NCBI RefSeq assembly: GCF_009914755.1
Contig: NC_060930.1
Source of the DNA: the human T2T-CHM13v2.0 reference genome, Homo sapiens
DNA: 64,000 nt
Direction: 5' to 3' (one strand)
The notes under the pieces were generated by a model. That model was not told the DNA's origin. It worked only from the letters and a program-made list of their open reading frames with translations, and searched no databases. Below, one piece after another: positions 29,491 to 42,432 of the stretch; position 1 is the stretch's first letter; each line of letters starts with the position of its first letter. A program made the position numbers and the translations under genes.

Positions 29491-30685
29491 CCCTGAACAA
29501 AGGTTTCATCTCGCCTTATTAGAGGGCTTACGAAAAACCTCCTCTCCTTGTCTTCTCTTTTCAGCCTCTCTCTTTATCTACCTCATAAAAAAAATAGTTT
29601 TTTTAAACTTCATTTCTGTTTCTCCCCAAGCATATTTCTCACATGGTGGAAGATAGCAAATTAGGCCTTGTGCATGGTAAGAAAAGCTTCTCTTCCAGAA
29701 CAATACCCAAACAGAGACTAGCGTCATGTGATACACTTTGGAAAACCCACTGGGATTAATTTAAACTTCTAACACTACTTGGAAAACAGCATTTGGCTTC
29801 AGAATTGACTTGAGATTTTTCACGTATAAAGTTTACCAATTTCATGATAATTTGGTCACTTTTCTCACAACATCAGAAAGCTACCGTATAGTCCTACACA
29901 TACTGACCTCACTAGTGGGAAAATGAATTTTCTCCACATTAGAGGAAGGTGAGGCTCTGTGATGTATGGGGAGTGCTGAGGCTGTTCCCTAAGAAGGCCT
30001 CTCAGGGACCCACTAGCCCAGAATAGATGCTGGGGGAAGAGGCCCCCAGAGCTCCCAGCCCCTGCAGCTACAACTCACGTCCCAGGTTTGTTGCTTTTGC
30101 ATCTCTGCTTCCTACTGAGGAGGAGGTTCAGACCTCTGCCTGTGCTCCAGCAGGTCATCCCTGAAGGGCAGGGCCTGAGAGAGGCTGAGCGGATAAATGC
30201 TTCTGCTAAAGCTTTAGCACCTGGGGTCTCAACAGCTCACCTTCAGCTCCAGGAACACTTCCAGCAGAACAGATGTTTCCATGAGAAGCCGACGGGTGTT
30301 CTTTTTCCCAGTTACCCTTCCCTGTGTCATTTTCCAGGAATCCAAACTTGTAGAGACAAAGTCTGAGTGGTAAGAGCGTGTGCCACAGATTTTTCCTTGT
30401 ATGGAAACATCCAACTCAAACCCACCTTTATTTATGAGGGAGTCGCTTCCTGGAGATGCACCCTGCCTGTCACATCAAATCGACCTGCTGGATGAAATAC
30501 GTGGTGAAGGGGCCCATGGACACATGGTCCGTTAGTTCTGGAAATACCTCTCCTGGTGCCTCCTCTTCTCTGTGGAGAAAACACCTTCCCTTGCCAGTGT
30601 CTCAAGAGTTTACAACTATTTTATTCATTCTTGCCACATATGAAGGACTTCCCTCCTGGTCTACAATCTAGCTTTGCAAACTAAC

Positions 30686-30767
30686 TTTTCCTTTCCTCCT
30701 TCTTCCTTTCTTCTCCCTCCCTGCTTCTCCCTCTCTCCTTCTCTTCCTCCCCTCCTTTTTTTTTCCT
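30686..30767. repeat. Polypyrimidine low-complexity tract
   Basis: About 80 nt of almost pure C/T. Confidence 0.85.
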
Positions 30768-31749
30768 GGAGAAAAACATTCCATTTAAACAAAGTAGGAA
30801 AACAGAAGACCCAGTGAAATTGAATAACAAGGGGCCCCACTGTGACATCCCAAACCCACACTGCTGAGATAGGATTTCTTGGCATGGAGAGTTAATAGGA
30901 AAATGATGATCTTAAATGAGTTAAGGACAGAGTCCAGGAAGGCTGACTGTCGAAGCACGCTGCTGGCCACTTCTGTCTTCACAGGGTGGGGAGGAGAAAG
31001 TGTAGGAGTGGTTTGGGATGGTAGCAATTTAGAGGAGGCCGAAGGTGGGGTGGCTGGTTTTCTCTTTTCTTTTCGCTAGCCCTTGAGTGTGGGACCTCCT
31101 TGCTTCCTTGACAGACTGTTAGGCTCATCTCTTTTATGTAATCCTGCAAGCCAGGATGGCTGTGGCTGCAGAGGGCATGCTGCCCTTCCTCTCTTCTCTT
31201 CCCTGCCCCCACTTGTAGGAAAAACAGGGGGCATGGGGAAAGGCAAGACATCATCTGCAAGGACTCCATGCAGTCCTCATTATTGTTGTCATTTTAAAGC
31301 ACATGTTTGCCTCTTGTAGAGAAAACTTTTACCCAGCATTGCAGTGTGCGATGCCTCTGTATGTCTTCACATTTGTATCATTAAACTCAGTGACAGGGTG
31401 ATTGGGAGCTCTGTGCCAACCCCCAGATGACAAAGAACAAGCCTGGCACCCTAGTCTAAAGAACATGAGGTCTGCCGGGCATTCAGACAGGTGCAGCTGA
31501 CAGCCAGCTACACAAGACAGAACCAGATAAGGGTGTAAAGGAGGCGTGGGCACCACCATGTGGAGGGAGTGATGTTAACTTAGGTCTTGGGTGGTCTGCA
31601 GAAGGAACTTTCACTAGCTTGAGATGGATGCGTTTTCCAGATAGGGGAAGCGATGCCAGCAAAGAAGTACAGTGTGCCTGGAGGGAATCACTAGAATGTG
31701 GATGGGCTGGGGATGGAGGCACTTAGAAGGGAGATCTGGCAGGGGACGG

Positions 31750-31900
31750 AATGGTGAGAGGCACAGACTCCAGAGCCAGGCTGCCTGGGTCCAACTCCCA
31801 ATCCTGTCACTTAATAGCTAGGTGACCTTGGGAAAGCTACCCAATCACTTTCTGCCTCAGTTTTCCCCTCTGTAAAATGGTAATATAGTACTTCCTTCAG
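31750..31900 (+). mobile_element. MIR
   Basis: gactccagagccagg...gtgaccttgggaaag...gcctcagttttcccctctgtaaaatgg. Confidence 0.8.
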
Positions 31901-34900
31901 ATAGGTCACGTCTTCTCATATTATTGACCATATATACTAATTATATAATTATAACATAGAAGTCTATATAGTTAACTATTAAACAGGAGTTAACGATTAC
32001 ACTCTGCTATGTAGGATATTATCGTAGCTATTATTATTTGATACATTGTTTGCATGGGGTCTCACATGCCAATTTGATGAATGTGAATTTATTCTATAAG
32101 CAACGGAGAGACATGAAAGGGACTCAAGGTACATTTTATATGATCTGACATGGTTTCCAGCAAATAGATCTGGCAGCTATATGAAGGCTAGGTGGGAACA
32201 GGCAAGGCTGGCTGCAGGAAGACACATCGATGTCTCTTTCAATCTAGACAGGGCCTCGCCCAGGGCTGCAGCAATCTTCATGGAAAGCAGGCTGTGCATG
32301 AAATGATGGTGATCATATGAGCAAGGCTTCACAGTGAATCAGTTTGGGAATCTTGGGAACAGGGACTTACTGAGTTCAGAAAATGCATCATGCAATGTGA
32401 AGTTCAGGACTGCATGAGTTTTAAATATATATGTGTATATGCGTATATAAGTATGTATGTGAAAATATATACATAAAGTCTTATAATAAATATAGGCAGT
32501 ATTATGACATGCCACACATTTATGGTGTGACTGCCTTTGCTTCTGTGTGATACTGAGGCAGTCTATTCCTGAGCCCGACAGCCACCACTCTTCAATAAAG
32601 ACTCATCCTCCCTAATAGAATACTTGCCCGCACTTTCCAAATGGTAGGCAATCCAATGAGGATTGAAATAAGTGTTTTAAGAAAACATTTTTAAGAGTTT
32701 CAGTATGTAAGGACTTTGTGTTTTACATCTAGGTATCTTGTATTTTCAAAGGTTATTTTTAATTGGCATTGCATAACCTGCTACTGATTGATTCCCCAAA
32801 TTCATATTCAGCTTATGTCTGTAATTAGGTGAAGTTGAACCCTCCCAAGGGAAGAGATGTGGTGAGCTTCCTCCACACCTGATCTCAGAAGAGCTTCGTA
32901 ACTGTCAGAAGAAGTAAAGCTTTAAAAATGTGTGTGCACATCAGCATGGTGCTTGTAGGTTAACGTGTCCTGACAATGTCAAGCTATTGATATATTGGCT
33001 TACCCAATACAGGACTTTCCCGCTAGAATGAGGGCAATTTGTTTGTCAAACTTGTAAGAATTTTAGTGACAGTTGTTGAAATGGGGGATGAGTAGATGGG
33101 GGTTCATTGTACTGATCTTTCTACTTTTAAATACTTAAAATCTTTTGTATGTGTACTTTTTTATTTTTAAAGAGAATTCAACTTTTGGAAATTGGAAGAT
33201 ACTGTTAGGTATAATTCCCTTAGAGAGTACATGGCATGATTTTAGGGCCATCGGAAGGACCACTTATCCAGTCTAGCCTGATGCTCTCAGCATGAGATCA
33301 ACTCTGTGAGTTAAAGTCACTGTCTTTAGTTCTTTTAAAGACAAACAAGGGTTACTACCTATGAGCTTGCACAGTGCCATACAAATATTCATTCGAGGCA
33401 GCACATATTCAGTGTTTTTTGTTTCTTTCATTTTGTTTAATTACCTGGCTTCTTAGAAACCAGGGAAGTGTCTCAGGAAGTGCTCACAAGATGAATTTGG
33501 AAGTAACATAAAGAAAAATCAAGAACGTAGCAAATTTCCCAGAGTGTGGCTCTCAGAACTTGGGAGGAGAAAAGGGCCCCCCAAAAAAGAGTGAAAGAAT
33601 AAATAGCTTGGATATGAAGATAAACATTTCTTATATGATTTCACCTAAAGCCAGCTCAGCCTGTATCCAGCTCCTGGGTGTAGGTAATGACTTAGGAGAG
33701 AATCGCATTGCCTTTCTCCCCTCTGCATGGGGAAATCCCAGCTGAGCTCCCCAGGGATCAGATTTAGTAGTGGGAACATTTTAAAGGTTTTGAGGGAATC
33801 TCCAAATCTGTATATTCTTACAGTGAGGAGCAGAGTTAGCATTGAATGGGGCTGTCATGGAAGTATAAATGAAGGACAAGAAGGAGAGCAAGGAGCTTAA
33901 CAGCTTGGCCCTTTCTCTCACCCAGGTGCAAAGCATTAAACATTTAAAGGCTTATAATGGGTGTGTATATTAAAATGGGAACAGGAAGGCCACCTAAATT
34001 TAGATCCTACAGCCAGCTTTGATGAGGGAAAATGAAAGTCATTAATATCCTCCATGAAATTAGAAGCTATCTTTCATTCTTGCCGATTTGAGGGTGGAGG
34101 GGTATAGTTGGGGTGTTTTGTTGTTGTTGTGAATCACTGAAATTTTGACAAGAGTGCCAATGTGCATAACCATTCTTCTGAAACAGAAAAAAGAACAGCA
34201 GGTTGAAATCAAAACCATGATGAATTGTGTTTGTATATGTTGTGACTCACACACACTAGAGGCTCCCATCACATTCCCTTGTGTTACCTGTGGCCCGGGC
34301 CAGGTAGGAGTTGCATGCTTTCAGGCTTCACAGTGGTGTGTGGTCTGAGGCAGAGGCTGGGGACACAGGCAGTCCTGAGGTGCAGTATTTCAAATGGCAG
34401 GTTTGAAGATGAAGAACCCTGCACCCGAAGTCAGACAGCCCAAGTCTCAAAGGAATCAGGGAGCTTGCTATCTTAGCTGGGTGGGGGATGCAGGTCCTCC
34501 CATGTGCAGATGATCCAAGGAAATAGAGTGCCCCCACTATCCAAAAGGCTGAGCCAAGATCCTCATCAAAAGAATCCAAGGGATGTGGGAGTATGAACTG
34601 CAGAGAGCTGGGTTATAAGCACTGCTCCAAAATCTAAGCAGGTCTCCCTCCCCACAGCATTTTAACCAGAAGCTACCATTGGGACCTCTTGTTGATGCTA
34701 GGAGAGTGATGCATCCCACCCGACTTGGGATGCCACAGAGCACAGCTTCCCATACCATGGAGTTCCCAATAAATTGTGTTCCTGGGGCTCATGTCACTGA
34801 AGGCTATAATAACATCTGTTTCCATTTATTTTCTGAAATGAGTCAAAATAACTATGTATGTTCCCTATAATACAAAATCATCCGAGAGCATTTAGGTATG

Positions 34901-35089
34901 CACATGCAGTAGTTGGTGTCCAATGAACAGGCTCACATGACTCAGTCATTTGGTCATTTTATTGTTCCTTCATACCCCCCTCACCTGTGGACATTTTGGC
35001 CACTAAGACAGTTCAAAATTGCCTTTATCCTTAGTCAAATATTGTTTCATTCATATCTCTAAAGGCCTTTTTATTAAAGACACAAACCC

Positions 35090-35420
35090 ATGTTTGTTAG
35101 CTTGCGCTGCCATAACAAAATACCACAGTCTAGGAGGCTTAAACAACAGAAATTTATTTCTCACAGCTTTAGAGGCTGGAAGGCTGAGATAAGGGTGCCC
35201 GCATGGTGGGGTTCTGGTAAGGGCTCTCTCTTTGGCTTGCAAACAGCCGCCTTCTCACTGTGTGCTCACGTGATGGAGAAAGCCAGCAAGCTCTCTGGTG
35301 TCTCTTCTTATAAGTATGTCTATGTCTTATATGGTGTCTTTTCTTATAATCCCATCACCCATTGGAGGTTAGATCTTAAATATAGGAATTTGAGAGGACA
35401 AAAATGGCCAGTCCTTAATA
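35090..35420 (-). mobile_element. MaLR solo LTR (MLT1A0-like)
   Basis: gctgccataacaaaataccacag...ttaaacaacagaaatttatttctcacag. Confidence 0.85.
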
Positions 35421-36126
35421 TGACCCAAATCTTGAGATTCAAACTAAAGATGTCCTGGTAGGGTGTTGAACACAGAACTTTGTCTCCATCTACTCCTGAA
35501 GCACCAGTAAAATGATAAAGGGGCATAGAGGCATGAATCCACAGGACAATGAGAACAGTGGAAGAGGCAAAAGGAAAGAGAAAAGTCCTCAAACTTTCAC
35601 GGCTGGGAAGCAGGTGAATTGACTAAGCAAACCAGAGAAAGTTGAAAACCAGCTGCAGAGGAGTGGAGAAGCCAGGGACAGATGAAGAGTAACAAGAATC
35701 AACTGTAATAATTTCCTGCTATAGTGGCAGTCTTAGATGGTTTTAGAAGGGATTTTTCCTGAAAATTCTCAAATATCTGTTCTGCTCTAATTTGTATTTG
35801 TATTCTGATTTGTAAATACAATGGTAGTCTTTCTATTGCACTGGATTTTTTTTTTTGTATGTAGCTTGATTTTATCTGTTTTTAAGACCAGCAGCTTTTA
35901 GAAGTTGTTCTCATTTACCTTTCAGTCATTTTTTATGCTAGCTTCAATGGAAGAAACCTATTGAAAAGTAATTTATAATTTCTACTCCTATGACTTTATC
36001 TTCTGTCTCCCTCCAGCAAAGGAAAAAATATGTCACTCTTAAAAATTCATAAAAAATTAAAGAATTTAAATTAAAAATCCCCAATATCTAGTGGTATATT
36101 TCTTGTGCTTTAAAAAATATTGTGTT

Positions 36127-36421
<295 letters not shown>

Positions 36422-37013
36422 TGTTAAACATAGTCCAAATTAAATAAATGCCTTTTGTATGAAGATATTTCCACATGGAAGATGTCCAGATTGTGCATCT
36501 GTGCTTGGTTAATATTTGATATTAAGAATTTAATAATATTTAAAAACATTTATGTTATTCAAGTAAGATTTCCTTCTCGGGACTCAGACCAAATAATGGT
36601 GCAAGAAGAAAGAAAAATGGTTCAAATCATACAACTGAATTGGCTGTGTGTGAGTGTGTGTAAATTAGAATTTATGTTAGTCAGTTCACTAATTGGCAAA
36701 AGTACTGCATTTACATTTAAGTAACAATAAACATCAGTGTATCTGGTACCTAGTACGTGCCAAATAAATGTCTGGAGGGGCAGGGAGAAAGAGAAGGGCA
36801 GGAAAGGAAGGAAGAAAGAATTTCACTATTTACTTCTTAAAATTTGCAAGAAGGACAAACCCAGATGCCCATAAAATATTACTTGCTGTTGAAAGTGTAC
36901 TAAATGCTAGCTGAACCTCTGCAAGTTAGCAGAATGGAGAGATGGTTTGCATCAAGAGACCAAACTCTTCCCACTGAAGAATGGCCTTGAACAAGCCTCT
37001 TAGCCCTAGAACC

Positions 37014-37156
37014 AAAAAGGCGGCCCACAGTGGTATCCAAGCTAAATATCTACCACATATTAAGTGCATTTCTTGGCTCATTTAAAAAGGTGACCCACCA
37101 TGGTATACAAGCTAAATATCCACCATGTGTTAAGTGCATATCTGGGCTCATTTAAA
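37014..37156. repeat. Two-copy 70-bp tandem duplication
   Basis: aaaaagg..cccac..tggtat.caagctaaatatc...taagtgcat...ggctcatttaaa repeated with period 70. Confidence 0.9.
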
Positions 37157-37169
37157 TATCGCACCACCT

Positions 37170-37310
37170 TATGTGATAAATATTTTTCTGCTCTACAAAC
37201 AAGGAAACTAAAATGTAAAGAGGTTCAGTAACTTGCCCAGGATCACACAATTAGTAAATGGTAGATATGGAATTTGTGCTCAGGTCTATTGGACTACAGA
37301 AATCTGTACT
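37170..37310 (-). mobile_element. MIR
   Basis: aggaaactaa...agaggttcagtaacttgcccaggatcacacaattagtaa. Confidence 0.75.
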
Positions 37311-37343
37311 TCTAACCAATTGTCAAAACTTTACTATATACAT

Positions 37344-38186
<843 letters not shown>

Positions 38187-38318
38187 CCCACACTTTTTTC
38201 TGGATGCCCATTTGATTCACAGTGCTTCAGTATTCTTGTTTGCCCTTTCTATCTGTAGTGGAAGCTGTAGTTGGCAGCATAGCATAATGTATTTATTCAG
38301 TGTTTCAAACATATGCAT

Positions 38319-38639
38319 TGTATTAGTCCATTCTCACGCAGCTATAAAGGACTGCCCAAGACTGGGTAATTTATAAAGGAAAGAAGTTTGATTGACTCAG
38401 TTCTGCATGGCTAGGGAGGCCTCAGCAAACTTACAATCATGGCGGAAGGGGAAGCAAACATATCCTTCTTCACATGGCGGCCGGAAGGAGAAGTATGAGC
38501 AAAAGGAGGAAAAGCCCCTTAAAAAACCATCAGATCTTGTGAAAAGTCACTTGCTATCATGAGAACAGCAGCATGGGGGTAATTATGGGAATTACAATTC
38601 AAGATGAGATTTGGGTGGGGACACAACAAAACCATATCA
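38319..38639 (-). mobile_element. THE1 (THE1C/D-like) MaLR solo LTR
   Basis: tgtattagtccattctcac...gactgggtaatttataaagg...aaaccatatca. Confidence 0.9.
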
Positions 38640-41600
38640 TGAAAACAACTGACACTATTTCTAATGAATCGTATGGAAGTTGGCTGTAGAAGTAAAGCAT
38701 CTGACTAGAGGTTTTTTAGGTTTTGGCAATACTGACTACCTGGAGAAATTTTTAACCATTGACTATGGAAAAGTTCCTTTTCCCTTTTCCATTTCTCCCA
38801 CCTGACTCCGTGATGTAAGGTCCATATGAAATATCTATCAGGTTATTTTGAGGGAATAAGATTCAAAGAATAAAATGCAAAGTGAGAGAATTTTGTGTCC
38901 AGCATGTTAGTGTGCATCTGACATTGACAGGATTGATTCACAGTGTGGTTACTAGAGTTTAGCTTTTGGTCTTAGTTGCACCACTTTGCTAAGTGTTAAC
39001 CTTAAGCGTGTGCTTTACTGAAACCTCTCACAGCCTCTGTGGCTCAGAAGGTTGGAATAGAAAATCCTTGACTTCTGACTTATTCGAAAAACATTTGATA
39101 TCATATCTCTTTAATATTTACCATATATTCATATAGTATGAAGGTGTGCACTATATAATGTACAGAAAGAATTTAAAGTGACTTTTTTATACAAGAATAT
39201 AAACATATATGTTTCTCTAATGCTGTATTGTGGGTAGATGATATATGATGCCTGAAAGCCATGACATTTTTTTCTGTACTAGATTTTGCCCTGTCTTTGG
39301 GTTGGATGGTTTATACAAATCTTGGCTTAATTGGAGCCGTATTTACATCCTCTCGTGTTTGACCAAAGAAGATATGACTAAGAATTAAGAGACCATGTGG
39401 GACCCGCCAGAGTATCCTCTTCTTCTCTAAATAGTAGAATGTTCTAATGACAGAAGCCAGAAATTTTAGCCACTGGCCTTTAGGAATCTAGATTTTAATG
39501 AAGTAGGTTTGAAGGACATAATGTTATAAAATTAAGAGAACTGTGTTCTGGCCTCATCACTTTGCAAAAGTCATCATTCTGAATTTCTGAGAATATGTGT
39601 TAAAATTGTTGAAGTGCTTTGAAAATAGTAGCATAAATCTGCCTTTACTAAATTGTTAATTTCTTTGATTCTTAATCAAGCACAGTTTTATAGCTTTATG
39701 GATAATCATGTCTCCCTGTGATTTATGTCAGTTTACATCATTATGGAAATATAATGCTTCATTAAGCATTAGGAAATTAGATGTTCTGTTTTTACCAAAG
39801 GACTGTCTTTTCTAAATGCGTTAAAGAATTTTTAAATTTCCAATCTTCAATAGACATCTCTTTAAAATATGGAATTTCCCATTTCTCCTTAGTGTAAAGT
39901 AAACCAGTTTTATATTTTCCTAATGCTTCAGGGTCCTTATTAAAATGTTTCTTACCATGCCATGCCCAGAATAATGATGCTCACAGTGGCTAATAAATGG
40001 TGTAGGAGGATTTTGTCTTTTTTGCTTTAAAAGCCCCTCACCCGTTTTCATATCTGCAAGCTGCTGCTTCTCCTTTCAGCCAGGCTCTTGCTTTCTAATT
40101 TATGTTTCTAAGTAGATATGGGCTGGGAAACCAGACTACAAAGCCTATTTAAATTGCACCTAAAATTAAAATAAACTAGCTAAGAGTGGGAGCTGGGGGA
40201 ATGCTCAAAATGCTTTAACTAGGTGAATTTTAATGCATAATTTGTGCTGCCAGCTCCTTTACTTCTTGGCTTTCTGCTAGCTAGAAACTTGACTATGTGA
40301 TTAGACAAGTGAATGCTACGGTGACTTAAAACTCCTGAAAGCATTTTGAAGTAATTCCTGGGTTCACATAGAGGAAGAAAATTTGTTAAATCCATTTCAA
40401 ATTATTAATAACAATGAAATTCCTCTAATTTAAAATACAACAATAAAAAAGAAAAAATATTAACTGAGTTTCAAAATCGTTCTCAAAATTAATTGGATCA
40501 CCTATTCCAGTGGTTTCTTTGAATTGGGAAAAAATGGACTCAGTAGGGAAGACTTTTTCTTCCATTCGCTTCAGCTCACATTCTGGACGATTTTTTTTTT
40601 CTCACATATTTTTGTTAAGCAATTATGAGCTCAGTATACATTTTGTAACTCCATTGAGGCAAATTAAAATTTTAACTGAACTTTCTCATAAACTAACAAT
40701 ATGAGGCTTGAAAATAGTTTCATGACCTCATTGAAAAACTCATCAAACCTGTAGTTTTGCACAGGTGCATTTTAAAATAACCTTTTAGGTGCATTCTAAA
40801 TTAACAAAGACTCATATGCCTTAAAATAAAGCCAGTTCTGTCAAATCCCCACCTCAAGTTTATAACCTGAGACTTAAAGCTCTTTAACCCCTTTTTCTTC
40901 TACAAATCTGTTTCTTATCTTTGGAGTCTTGGTAGTAGAAGAAAATTGTGTTTTCCGTATATCAGAATAAGTTCGTTTCAGGCAGTCTCCATACATGTTT
41001 TTGAGACATAAATGCAGTTTTATGCAGACATAAATGGAGTCTCCATGTATGTTTTTGAATGTGAAAATTCCTTATTTGGAAAATTAAATTGCCTTTTCTT
41101 AACTACACAAACTAGGAAATAACAGTAACTTTAAAATGAACATTTAAAAATCTAAAAATTATACTTTTACTGGTGATATAGTAAATCCCACTAAAGGTGT
41201 TCAAAATAGTTACACAACCCTTGTTAGTAGTATTCCTTACATATAACATTCTAACCTAAAATATGTTAGAGCAACAGCTTTTTCCCCCTGTACTTTCTGC
41301 CGAATGTTTTTCAACCAGCGTCATCACTGTGGTTGCCTCTAAGACTAAGTCATTGCCCATTGGTTGTTTCTCATCTAATTTCTTTCTCTAATTTCCTTCC
41401 CCTGATTTGATACTGAACTCTGTTTGGTTGTCTCTTTTCTTCTGATTTCTTGCCATTTCTTCAAATATATTCAGTTGACCATAAAAAGTTGTCATTTGAA
41501 AATCCCAATTCATCCAAAAGATAATATGACCTCCTTCATCCCACCTACAGCCCAAAGCAGACCTCTTTTCAACCTCCCCATCATGGTTGGGGCATCACTC

Positions 41601-42432
41601 AATGTCAGTGCAGTAAGGGATTGAAATATAGAAAATTATGTGCTTACATGATTAGGGGAATGGGAAAATTATAGACAGTTGCCTGAATGCAAACAGTTAG
41701 AGTATAATATAGGTGGGCGGGTAGTCAGGATTGGGGAGATACCCAGTAGAGACTCAGCCACAGGCCTTTAGCTTCAAGTACATAATTGCATCCTCAAGCA
41801 AAATCCTTAGGAAAAAAAAAATCCCTGGCAAACATAGAAGAAATAGGTTCTTAGTTTTTCTAGATAAGGATCTTAGATTTTTCTAGAATAGGATCTTAGA
41901 TTTTTCTAGAAAAAAATCCCTGGCAAACATAGAAGAAATAGGATCCTTAGGACTAGGATCTTAGTCCCTAAGAGTAGGGAGTTCAAGAATGAAACTAAGA
42001 AAAACACTGAGTTACTGAAACTGAGGTACCAGAATCAGAATACTTGAACAGAGCAATATTAGCTCTGATTTGCTCTGCATTTTAAATACCACAATAGGTG
42101 TCTTATTCACCACTCAATCTATAGGACTAGGTCTGTGCTAGGACATGGGATGTGCTAAAAACAAGACAAAAATTGTCGAAAGAATGAATGAAATTCAAAG
42201 GCAACTCATTCAAAATGTGCTCACTGACTTCAAGCAGAATGGAGAGTTGAGGTCTGGTTGCCCTTCCTGGGTGATGTGAAGTCCTGGAACCAGGGCAGGA
42301 TCAGCCTCCTGTTTGGGCTGAATCTTATGGAAGTAAAGCACAACTAGTGAGACCAGCCCCCAATATTCCTGTAAAATTAACTTAAGTCACAAGAGAAGAG
42401 ACGTGGGTACTGCATTTAATTTCTGTGACTCT

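Noticed and set aside
30686-30767. Polypyrimidine tract as a functional triplex element
   Set aside because: Common low-complexity sequence with no clear long mirror symmetry or other support
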